From an uncultured Alphaproteobacteria bacterium (GTDB taxonomy: Bacteria > Pseudomonadota > Alphaproteobacteria > CAAHEQ01 > UBA3637): a DNA stretch of 64,000 nt. Of this stretch, positions 49,710 through 58,619 are shown one piece after another. The stretch lies in contig CALXVS010000004.1 in the NCBI GenBank assembly GCA_944392145.1, positions 5,833-69,832 on the forward strand, written 5' to 3'. Numbering within the stretch: the stretch's first letter is position 1; each line of letters opens with the position of its first letter. Both the position numbers and the translations under genes were made by a program. Below the pieces are notes generated by a model, which saw only the letters and a list, made by a program, of their open reading frames with translations, was not told where the DNA came from and made no database searches.

Positions 49710-51659
49710 ATGGGCTTTACGTTTTTGAAGGAAGATCAGATATGGGGCGATGATGCCCTGGATGTAATGAAACGTTATGGTACGAAGGTTGCGCCAACGG
49801 ATCTGACAGTCATATTGGGTGGTTATATGACCGGTGGTGGTGATCGTACTTCTGAAGATGATCTAACTTGTGCCTCTTGGTCCGCGTCTTCGAATGATTA
49901 TGGAGACGTGCGTTGCGTCTACTGTTTGGGCGTCCAGATCTGGAATGACGCGCATAAGCGTACGATCTCGGCGCGCCCCGCTTTGCCTCCATCGGAGGCA
50001 TCTAAAATCAGCCCGAGCGAAGCGAGGGCTATCGCTGGAATCCGCGTAGCGGAATATGGGGAATACCCGCAAACGGTCGCCGATGAGCGCACCAGTGCAA
50101 AATTAGAAAAATTACATGATTCAAGATCTCTCCGTCCGACCGGAAAAAATTACACATTTGATTCAGTTGATTTAGGCGATTATGGCACGTCTTTTAAGGC
50201 CACATCCTATCAGGAATATGAAATGGATGGCAAAAGGTATATCCGTGTTCCTGGACGGCCTGCTGACGGCGATAGCAAGCTATCTACAGGTGAACAGGTA
50301 GAAGAAGGAAAGCCATACTGGGTTGAGGTCCAACCGATAGAATGGCTGATGGATAGAAGCGGCACAATGGTCGCCAAAAAATGCTTATTCGCCGGTATTC
50401 AATTTGATACGAAAGATTCATATGATGGCGGCTTTTCCAAAACGTCCATAAAGCACTATTTGGACACTTATTTTGCCAAAGAAATGGAGCCGACCGGACG
50501 TGTGGCCGCAAGAACGGTATCAAGAGACTATGAAGAAGAGCCGGAAAGAAAAGAACCCGTTAAAAAGAAAGAACCGACAGCCAGACAGAAGAAATACGGG
50601 ATCGAGGTATCTGATGAGCCTATGCCCGTCAAAGACCAAATAAACTTCTATATTCAAAACGGAATGAGCTTCATGCTCCATGGCCCGTCCGGTGTCGGTA
50701 AATCACAACGTGTGAAAGAAATTGATCCGGATTTGACCTCAATTACACTGTGTAACGGAATTTTGCCTGAAGATGTTATCGGTAAAACAATCTATCCAAA
50801 CGGCGTGGGAGCCGATGGGGCCTCCGGTGGTGTTTGGGTGCCGCCTAAGTGGTACACGGATTTGTGCAGAAAATGCGAAACAGAACCGGACAAACAGCAC
50901 GTCTTATTTATCGATGAAGTGACCAATGCGCGTGAAACAACACAAAGTTTGATCTATCACGTAGCGTTGGAAAAATCAATTGCCCAGGGCGTTGGCAAAC
51001 TGCCTAATAATGCTGTGGTCGTGTTGGCCGGTAACAGCAAGGAAGAATCAGGAGCCGCTTATAACATGCCGGCCCCGTTGTTCAGACGTTTAAGCCATAT
51101 TTACTTGGACTTGAATATTCAGGATTGGTTGGAATGGGGCTCGGAACACAGCAAGAGCCATCCGGAAGATCCGGATCGCTTAAACATCCATCCGTTAGTC
51201 GCCAGTTTTGTGGCAACCTACGGACGGCAAGTGTTCTATTCCGAGTATGATGAAGAAAACCCCGGTAAGTTTGCTCTTGACCCACGAAAATGGGAAAAGG
51301 TATCAGATAAAATCTATGCCAATAAGGGTGTGATGCGCCGTGAGATTTTGGAAGCTGATATCGGGCCTGAATTGGCGGCCAGTTTATTGTCATATGCTAA
51401 AAATCCGCCGCTATCTTTGGAAGAAGTGATTGAGGGCGAATATACCCGCGAGGATATTCCTACGGGACAGGATGCCCGTTTGGCGTTGGCGTTGAGTTTG
51501 CGTCATGCAACACCGAAACAAGTCGGAAAAGTACGTCAATTTGTTGAAACACAGTTAGGCGCAGAAAATCGTGCGATTTTTGACTCTGTTTGGGTGGGCA
51601 AGGATGATACACGCGCCATGCAGATCGCCACTCTACATAACTTAAAGGGAGGAAGATAA
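49710..51659 (+). CDS. DGR target protein: N-terminal variable region fused to a MoxR-like AAA+ ATPase (649 aa)
   Basis: Strong RBS AGGAGG. VR encodes aa ~53-92 ('CASWSASSNDYGDVRCVYCLGVQIWNDAHKRTISARP'). Walker A 'GPSGVGKS' and Walker B 'VLFIDEV' further downstream. Confidence 0.75.
   Translation: MGFTFLKEDQIWGDDALDVMKRYGTKVAPTDLTVILGGYMTGGGDRTSEDDLTCASWSASSNDYGDVRCVYCLGVQIWNDAHKRTISARPALPPSEASKISPSEARAIAGIRVAEYGEYPQTVADERTSAKLEKLHDSRSLRPTGKNYTFDSVDLGDYGTSFKATSYQEYEMDGKRYIRVPGRPADGDSKLSTGEQVEEGKPYWVEVQPIEWLMDRSGTMVAKKCLFAGIQFDTKDSYDGGFSKTSIKHYLDTYFAKEMEPTGRVAARTVSRDYEEEPERKEPVKKKEPTARQKKYGIEVSDEPMPVKDQINFYIQNGMSFMLHGPSGVGKSQRVKEIDPDLTSITLCNGILPEDVIGKTIYPNGVGADGASGGVWVPPKWYTDLCRKCETEPDKQHVLFIDEVTNARETTQSLIYHVALEKSIAQGVGKLPNNAVVVLAGNSKEESGAAYNMPAPLFRRLSHIYLDLNIQDWLEWGSEHSKSHPEDPDRLNIHPLVASFVATYGRQVFYSEYDEENPGKFALDPRKWEKVSDKIYANKGVMRREILEADIGPELAASLLSYAKNPPLSLEEVIEGEYTREDIPTGQDARLALALSLRHATPKQVGKVRQFVETQLGAENRAIFDSVWVGKDDTRAMQIATLHNLKGGR
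49868..49986 (+). repeat. DGR variable repeat (VR) with IMH at the 3' end
   Basis: 119-bp partner of TR. In frame in the target gene. GC-rich 'TCTCGGCGCGCCCCGC' terminus differs from TR by one base. Confidence 0.85.
49985..49999 (+). promoter_or_regulatory. GC-rich hairpin (GCCTCC-atc-GGAGGC) immediately 3' of the VR
   Basis: Equivalent position and shape to the hairpin/cruciform element that enhances DGR retrohoming in Bordetella phage. Confidence 0.5.
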
Positions 51660-51660
51660 A

Positions 51661-52131
51661 ATGTCATTAAAAGAAATGCTTGAAAAAAATCGGAAGAAAC
51701 GCAAGAATGGCTTAGTCATCCAACCTGATATAGGATGGGCCGGACCGAAACCCGCCCGAACAAAAGCCGAAAAGATTAATCAAATCAAAACGGAATTTAT
51801 TGATGATAGAGCTTTGTTGATTGTCGGAGCCAAAGCATCCGACTTTGCAGAATATCCGAAGATAGAGGCTGATATCTCAGTCCAAGACTTAATCAAGCAT
51901 ATTGAACAATTAGAATCTGTAAAACAGAGACTGAAAAAGAAGATGTTGCTTGTTATAACCGGACTGGATAAGATTTCGGCTGACGAACAGGCAAAATTCA
52001 TTCCTCTCTTGAAGGATAGGCAAATTATGGCAAGTAAATTGCCTGATGCAGTTCAAATTGTTATGCCTGTTGCTGATGCTGATGCAGTTTCTCATGCAAC
52101 AAAGTCACTCATTTTTGAATTGAAAGTATAA
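51661..52131 (+). CDS. Hypothetical protein (156 aa) between the AAA+ and VWA genes
   Basis: ATG 2 bp after the upstream stop. No motif recognised. Confidence 0.3.
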   Translation: MSLKEMLEKNRKKRKNGLVIQPDIGWAGPKPARTKAEKINQIKTEFIDDRALLIVGAKASDFAEYPKIEADISVQDLIKHIEQLESVKQRLKKKMLLVITGLDKISADEQAKFIPLLKDRQIMASKLPDAVQIVMPVADADAVSHATKSLIFELKV

Positions 52132-52133
52132 TA

Positions 52134-53972
52134 ATGCCTAATATGGTCACAGAGCAACAGGAAGAAATTCAATATATCAAAGAACAGGTTTTGGCCAAGT
52201 TCCCTTTGCTCGGCGTGACGATGAGACCCTTATCGGTTGTTCCTGATGATAGAATTGGAACAGCGGCCACAGACGGGCATCGCATTATCTATTCTCCAAA
52301 GTTTTTTAGCACTTTATCGGATGAACAGAAACAATTTGTCTTTGCGCATGAAGTGATGCATGTCGCTTTTAACCACATTTTGCGCAGTAAGGGCCGTAAT
52401 CAAAGGTTGTGGAATATCGCAACCGATTCTGTTATCAACCAAATTCTGAAAAATGAAAAATTGCCATTAACGGAAGGTGGTGTTGATATTGCAGAAGCTG
52501 TCAACCATTCGGCCGAAGAAATGTATGAAAAACTCTTGAAAAAGAAAGAACAGCGTGATCAGGAAAAGGGGCAAAATCAAGAGCAACAGCAACAATCACA
52601 ATCCGGTGGGACGGACCAGCCTCAGGATCAGGATGCACAAAATCAGCCTGAACAGGAACAACCTCAGGATCAAGACGGACAAAATCAATCCGGACAAGAC
52701 CAGCCTCAGGATCAAGACGGGCAAAAGGGACAAGAACAATCCGATCAACAATCAGACGGTTCGGAAAATCAAGATGAACAAAACAAAAATTCATCAGAAG
52801 GCTCGGAAGGATCCGAACAACAGAAAGATCAATCTCAAGATGGTGATTCAAACTCTGATCAAAACAGTTCTTCCGGTCAGGGAGACGAAAATCAATCTGA
52901 TTCAAATTCCGAACAATCAAGCGACAATCAACAAGGATCCTCTAAACCCCAAAAGGGTGGTCAACGTTCGCAATCCGGTTCTTCCTCTCAATCAGAAGAC
53001 ACCGACTGGGATGACAGCAATATCGATTGGGACAATGAAGATGAACAAGTAGGCCACGATACACACGATATTTGGAAAGAAGCGGTTGAAGAGGCAGAAC
53101 GTGAAGAACAACGGAAACAGGAACAAGCGAATAAGAAGAGTTTGTGGGATAGGCTGAAAGAAGCCATGGGGCAAAAAGAAGTTAAAGAGGATCAGCAAGG
53201 CGAACCTCAAGAAAAAGAAGCTCCTATACCGCAAGATGAAAACATGGATGCGTATGAAAAAGGCTTCTTGGCAGAAAATCAAGAAAAACGTCATGAGATG
53301 GCCGAACAGGTGCGCGAGCAATTAAACAGGATAAAAGGAAGCCTCCGTCAATCAAATGATCATACCACCCTCGGGGATGTTGGGGAAACTCAAACGCCGG
53401 TGGTTGATTGGAAAAAAATGCTTAAAAAATCTTTTGATGAAGAGCGTGATCGTTGGTCCTATCGTCGTTCCGGTTCTGAAAACGACTATATGGCTCGGGT
53501 GGAAGAATTGGAAGATGAAGGCCGTCCGGATACGGAAGTCATGTTGGATGTGAGCGGTTCTGTAAATATCCGCTTGTTACGTGAATTTTTAAGACAACTT
53601 AAACCGCTCCTCAAATCCTCTAAATTAAAGGTCGGTTGCTTTGATGAGTTTGTTTATGACTTTAAGGAAATAAAGACTAAAGAGGATATTGACCATTTCC
53701 AAATTACGGCAAAATCTCAATGGACTGAAAACTGGGATGCGGCTGTCCGGGCATTTTCTAAGAAAAAAGAAGTGAATAAAATTATTTTTACAGACGGATA
53801 TCCATGCCCAGGAACAATGCCTAAAGAAGATTTAAAGGGTAAGAATGTTATTTGGATAGTTTACGGAAATAAAGATTTTAATCCATGCTGTGGTAAAGTC
53901 ATCCAGGTTTCTGAACGACAACTTCAGTCGTATATTCAGACGGCCGCTCCACTTTCTAGAGGTGGAAGATAA
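52134..53972 (+). CDS. Putative metallopeptidase (HExxH) - acidic low-complexity linker - VWA (MIDAS) domain protein; MoxR partner
   Basis: 'HEVMHVAFNH' zinc-binding motif. Long Q/D/E/S-rich linker. C-terminal 'DVSGSV…' MIDAS-type VWA. Confidence 0.6.
   Translation: MPNMVTEQQEEIQYIKEQVLAKFPLLGVTMRPLSVVPDDRIGTAATDGHRIIYSPKFFSTLSDEQKQFVFAHEVMHVAFNHILRSKGRNQRLWNIATDSVINQILKNEKLPLTEGGVDIAEAVNHSAEEMYEKLLKKKEQRDQEKGQNQEQQQQSQSGGTDQPQDQDAQNQPEQEQPQDQDGQNQSGQDQPQDQDGQKGQEQSDQQSDGSENQDEQNKNSSEGSEGSEQQKDQSQDGDSNSDQNSSSGQGDENQSDSNSEQSSDNQQGSSKPQKGGQRSQSGSSSQSEDTDWDDSNIDWDNEDEQVGHDTHDIWKEAVEEAEREEQRKQEQANKKSLWDRLKEAMGQKEVKEDQQGEPQEKEAPIPQDENMDAYEKGFLAENQEKRHEMAEQVREQLNRIKGSLRQSNDHTTLGDVGETQTPVVDWKKMLKKSFDEERDRWSYRRSGSENDYMARVEELEDEGRPDTEVMLDVSGSVNIRLLREFLRQLKPLLKSSKLKVGCFDEFVYDFKEIKTKEDIDHFQITAKSQWTENWDAAVRAFSKKKEVNKIIFTDGYPCPGTMPKEDLKGKNVIWIVYGNKDFNPCCGKVIQVSERQLQSYIQTAAPLSRGGR
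52605..52745 (+). repeat. Imperfect tandem repeats (CAGCCTCAGGATCARGAYGG.CAAAA…) encoding (Q-P-Q-D-Q-D-G-Q-N-Q)n
   Basis: Three visible copies within the linker of 52134-53972. Confidence 0.45.
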
Positions 53973-54014
53973 GATACAACACCATTCTTAGACGATGAAT
54001 GGGAAAGTGTTAAA

Positions 54015-56046
54015 TTAATATAAATTAGCCTCAAAAATTTGATAAAGGTCAAATTCTATACCGTCAACGCCTCTGATGAGGTCTATTTCGTCTTCGGCGG
54101 CGACATCAATTCGGGCCTGATCCAAAAACAAGCCTTCTTCTTTTTTGCGGAGTTGTTTTTCCATTTCGTTGATTTGCTTTTGAATTTTAAGTTCTTCTAA
54201 GCGGTCTTTGGCACTACCGATACTTTCTTTAATTTTTGATGTTTCTTGGCGTAAGGATTCAAGAGTTTGTTCTAATACGGCTTTTTGACGAGATGAACGC
54301 ATTTTGATAATATCAATATCCGTATTAAAAGCACCTTCTTGTTGTTTGATATAGTTGTTTTTCAACTCATCTTCTAAGAATACTGGCAACCTGTCAGAAA
54401 ACGAACTGTTTGCTAGCCAATAAGAGCGTTCTCTATCCTTATTTTCAACAGATTTAATTGGCTGTGATAAAATTTTGACACATTCTTCTTGGGTTAAAAT
54501 CTTGTCATCTTCTGTTTTGCCGGTTAAAACATCATAATTTTTAAGAAACTTTCCCTTTCGGCGTAATTCAACATTATACATACTGATTTGGCAAGATTCA
54601 ATGCTTGTTTCAAGCTGTATTTCGCCCTCTGTAGCACACTCAATTTCACTAAAAATTCCCTTAGCTAAAATAGAAGTTAAGGTAATTCTTCCGCTTGCCG
54701 GTTTAAAATCTTTGGTCATGCCATACTGACGTTTTCCCGTATAAGGTGTGTTTCTTGTCCCGGTCCAATAATAGAACATATGTGGCAATTCACAATCATC
54801 CGGTAAAGTTAATGTTTGATTGATATCATCAATAATATATTGAGGATGATGCTTTTCAAAATAAAACTTCACAACCTCCCATAAGTCCCGATTGAGAAAT
54901 TCTGCCTGTTCTTGAATATATTGAGGTGAGACCTGTATTTTTTCGGCCACATCCTTTGTAAATGTCGTAAATAAAACACTTTCGGCATCCGAAACAACTT
55001 GTGCGTTGGCATCTTTATTTATCTCTAAATTCTGTGCAAAATCCCGTTGAATATCGGGCAAGGTTCGGCGTTTTTGCAAAACTGCTTCCAATGTTTCATC
55101 AAAGTTGCCCACCATATCATCCGACATCCCGAAAATACCCTGAAATTGTAAAGTTCGTTTGTTAATCAATTCCAAAATACGCACATCAGACATATTTTCC
55201 TGACTGAGCAAATTGATAACCAACACATCGGATTGTTGCCCTTGACGGTGGCAACGACAAATTCGTTGTTCCATCTCAACGGCATTATAAAGTAAATCAT
55301 AGTTCGCGACAACCGGACAGTATTCTATGTCTAAACCTTTGGCAGTTGCATCGTTTGTGATGAGAATTTGAATATTTTTATCTTCTCTAAAAATCCTCAA
55401 AGCATTATCATCTGTGTGTTTTATAACTGAATAATGTCCCTTCAATAACTTTGATAAAACGGATATCCTGCTCCTGATTGATGATATTTTCAGCCTTTTT
55501 AAAAGCGTCAATGTTGATAATCATAATTTCAATGTTGCTGGAAGTCGCAAAAGCCCGAACATCTGACAGTTTTGCCGAATTATAGATAAAATATCTGTAA
55601 GGCACGCTGTCATATTGATTTTTAAAGTGTTCTTCGGTGATTTGGAAGGATTTATTCACACCTTCACGAATAGCAATACTTGGCACAACAATGATAAACT
55701 TTGTAAAGCCGTAACGTTTATTGAGTTCCAAAATTGTTTTTGTGTAAACATAGGTTTTACCGGTTCCGGTTTCCATTTCAATAGAAATAGGCAAGGCTTT
55801 GCCGGATTCAATATCTGTTTGAGGCAAAGATTGACCTTTTTGAATATTTTTCAAATTAGAAACAAGCGTTTCCTTATCAAGCAGAAGTTTGTTACCAAAA
55901 CCAAAATCATTTTGCAATAAACTAAATTGAGCCGAATTATCAACGATAGAAAAAGTTGTTCCGGCTTTTTCTTGTCCTTTGAATAAATCAGCAACAGCAT
56001 TAACTGCCTTTTCTTGAAATTCCTGTTTCTTAAATTTTAGTTTCAT
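54015..56046 (-). pseudogene. Type III restriction enzyme Res subunit (SF2 helicase-nuclease), frameshifted/internally deleted
   Basis: N-part ORF 55408-56046 carries Walker A 'METGTGKTYVY'. C-part ORF 54015-55511 begins with helicase motif 'ILITNDATAKGLDI' and 'QRICRCHRQG'. The two ORFs overlap out of frame at 55408-55511. Combined length is short for Res. Confidence 0.55.
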
Positions 56047-56995
56047 TGCTATCGCCTATTGCTTCTTTGTTTTTATCAGAAACATCTATTGTATTAGGAT
56101 GAGATTGGTATGGGCTAGAAAATACATTACCTATTTGTGTCATAGCTCCTTGAGCTTGAGCGGCACCAATCTTTTGATGTATGTATTTCACTCTATCTAA
56201 ATTCACATAATCTTGCATATTTCTATATACCGAAGTCTTCATATTATCTTTTAATATTCTTTTCTCAAGAATTTTATATTCATCTTTTAAAATACTAATT
56301 TTCGCATTATTGCATACAACATCTTGATTTTCTATTGTTGTTTTTTCGGGAATATTAACGATTTCAGCTTCAAAATTGTAGCAAACTTGTTCGTTTGCTG
56401 ATGTTAAGTAGTCTATTGTACAATCAAAATTTAAAATTGTTTGATTGTTCTTATCCAACTCTTCCCAAAGTTTATCTCTTTGTTCTGTATTATGCATTCT
56501 TACGATAATTTCTTCATTTCCTCTTAATAAATTTACAAAATTTGAGAAATGATCTTCTATTTTTGCATCTGAACTTGTCTTTAATATTGTTTTTATATCT
56601 AATTTTACCGAATGTATATCTTTTTTGCTTTCATTTTTTATAGAAAATAAGCGATTATTTTGGATATTTCTTTTTTCATTATCATCAAAAAAATCAAAAC
56701 CATCTTTATCAGATGAAACGAGTAATACTCTATCTCGAATATTAAAAAGAATAAGTTCCTCAATAATTCCAAAAAAACTTCCCATTTTAATGGTAGGCTT
56801 AATGATTACCATATTATTACGTCTATTTTGATACTCTTTATCTTTCTCATACAGTTCAACAGTCTTTTTATTTGTGTACCAAACCGCTATAAATGTTACT
56901 ATAGCAGTTAATACACCAGCAAATATAGTTGCACCAAACATCCACCAGTCTGTTATGGCTTCCATTATTATTTCTGTTTCTTGGGTATCCATCAT
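56030..56995 (-). CDS. Hypothetical membrane-anchored protein (321 aa) between mod and res
   Basis: One N-terminal TM (WWMFGATIFAGVLTAIVTFIAVWY). K/N/E-rich. No motif. Confidence 0.3.
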   Translation of the reverse strand: MMDTQETEIIMEAITDWWMFGATIFAGVLTAIVTFIAVWYTNKKTVELYEKDKEYQNRRNNMVIIKPTIKMGSFFGIIEELILFNIRDRVLLVSSDKDGFDFFDDNEKRNIQNNRLFSIKNESKKDIHSVKLDIKTILKTSSDAKIEDHFSNFVNLLRGNEEIIVRMHNTEQRDKLWEELDKNNQTILNFDCTIDYLTSANEQVCYNFEAEIVNIPEKTTIENQDVVCNNAKISILKDEYKILEKRILKDNMKTSVYRNMQDYVNLDRVKYIHQKIGAAQAQGAMTQIGNVFSSPYQSHPNTIDVSDKNKEAIGDSNETKI

Positions 56996-57004
56996 TCAAA
57001 TCCT

Positions 57005-57703
57005 CTACAACAACTCAATCTCAATGCCTTTGTCTTTACTGATATAATAGGCGTTGGAAAGGGCGACATCGTCCTTAAAGGCTTCTTCGGCGGCGACGAT
57101 TTTGGCTGGTGTCAAATCGCACATAGCCGTAATATCTTCCGGTGTAATACCTCCGTTAGAACCATCCAAGCATACGAGAACAAGTCCGTCTTCGCCAATG
57201 GAATAGACTTTACGGCCGTTAATGTCAATCGGGGCTACCTTGTATGTAACGGGAATACCCAATTTTAACATCACTTCATACACCACGTCCAATTCCGAAC
57301 GGTCAAATTTCAAGCTTTTAATCATAGTATCAAAGCGTTCTTTCAAGGCATTTGCATCGTCAGTCGGTGTATCATCCCATTTGACGAGGTTGGAGGTATC
57401 CAACTTCAATGTTTTGAAACCGGTATCAACTTCGGGATGTTCGGCTTTAATCTTAGCTCCGGCACGGAGGATACGTTCTTTGCCGATTTCGCAAATGTTT
57501 TTGTATCCGGCTTTAAAGGCTTCTGATTTCTCGTCTGTTACTTCCGGCAGTTGTACCATAATGAATTGACGTTTTCCGCCATCTTCAGCATTTAATTGCA
57601 TAACGGCATGAGCCGTAGTTGCAGAGCCAGAGAAAAAGTCGAGGATGATATCGTCATCTTTATCTGTTGCTATTTGTAGCATTTCTTTTATATATGGTAT
57701 TGG
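57005..57703 (-). pseudogene. Type III Mod (N6-adenine methyltransferase) C-terminal fragment
   Basis: '…[36 protein letters not shown]…' (motif I region of beta-class MTases). The ORF-track N-terminus (57707-57898) is antisense read-through of the groEL fragment. Confidence 0.6.
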
Positions 57704-57704
57704 T

Positions 57705-58247
57705 TTAGCTAAGTTATCCGGCGGCGTAGCCGTTATTAAAGTCGGTGGAGCAACTGAAGTTGAAGTCAAAGAAAAGAAAGATCGTATTGATGATGCTTTA
57801 CATGCAACACGTGCTGCTGTTAAAGAAGGTGTTGTTGTTGGTGGTGGTGTTGCTTTATTGTATGCAACACGTGCATTAGAAGACTTAAAACCAGCCAATG
57901 ATGACCAACGTGTTGGTGTTGATATTATTCGTCGAGCAATTCAGGCTCCATTGCGTCAAATCGTTTCAAACGCGGGTGAGGATGGCGCTGTTGTCGTTGG
58001 AAAACTGTTGGAAAAATATGATACCAATATGGGTTATGATGCTCAAAAGGATGAGTATACAAATATGTTTGACGCAGGTATTGTTGACCCGACTAAAGTG
58101 GTTAGAACAGCTTTAGAAGGCGCATCTTCTGTCGCTAGCTTGCTAATTACAACAGAAGCTATGGTGGGTGATAAGCCGGAAGATGAATGTTCTTGTGGTA
58201 AAAATGCTGCCGCAGGTGGCATGCCAGGTATGGGTGGTATGTACTAA
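57705..58247 (+). pseudogene. groEL: groEL 3' fragment (C-terminal ~180 codons of chaperonin GroEL)
   Basis: '[52 protein letters not shown]…' to the GGM-rich tail. Homology starts abruptly at ~57705 with no N-terminal part. Confidence 0.7.
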
Positions 58248-58270
58248 TAAGCTCCGCTATCCTTGGTTTA

Positions 58271-58300
58271 AAAAAGCTCTTCGAAAGAAGAGCTTTTTTT
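58271..58300 (+). terminator. Rho-independent terminator after the groEL fragment (AAAGCTCTTC-gaaa-GAAGAGCTTT + T-run)
   Basis: Perfect 10-bp stem, T7 tail. Confidence 0.55.
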
Positions 58301-58511
58301 ATTTCTTTACAAGATAAATATATTTTTTTCTTTTAAAATGAATAAAAGAATGTTAAGTTTTTAAAAAAGGATAAATTTGTTAGGATGGCCAGCATGTTTT
58401 CTTTTATAAAAAATTTACTTATTATAAGATTAAATAACTTTTTAACAAAATAATGGTTGACGACTTTTTTTTATAAATTAAAAATAAAATATGAATTTTA
58501 TAAATTATATT

Positions 58512-58561
58512 CAAGGAGTTTGTTAATGATTACCCCCCCCATGCAAATCACGAAACAATAA
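58512..58561 (+). promoter_or_regulatory. RBS (AAGGAG) + 11-codon mini-ORF (58526-58561) containing a C8 homopolymer (58533-58540) upstream of the Cys-rich gene
   Basis: ATGATTACCCCCCCCATGCAAATCACGAAACAATAA. A -1 change in the C tract fuses this ATG in frame with the downstream ORF. Confidence 0.4.
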
Positions 58562-58619
58562 TATCAATACTCGCAAAAGTTTAAAAAAATCTTTTTTTTC
58601 CTTTCAATCAGGTCGGAGC

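Noticed and set aside
52501-53321. ORFs 52501-52920 (-), 52555-53052 (+) and 52992-53321 (-) inside the VWA gene
   Set aside because: Low-complexity-driven artefacts overlapping a well-supported longer CDS.
57707-57898. N-terminal 64 residues of minus ORF 57005-57898 ([15 protein letters not shown]…)
   Set aside because: Antisense read-through of the groEL fragment. True Mod homology begins only at ~57703.
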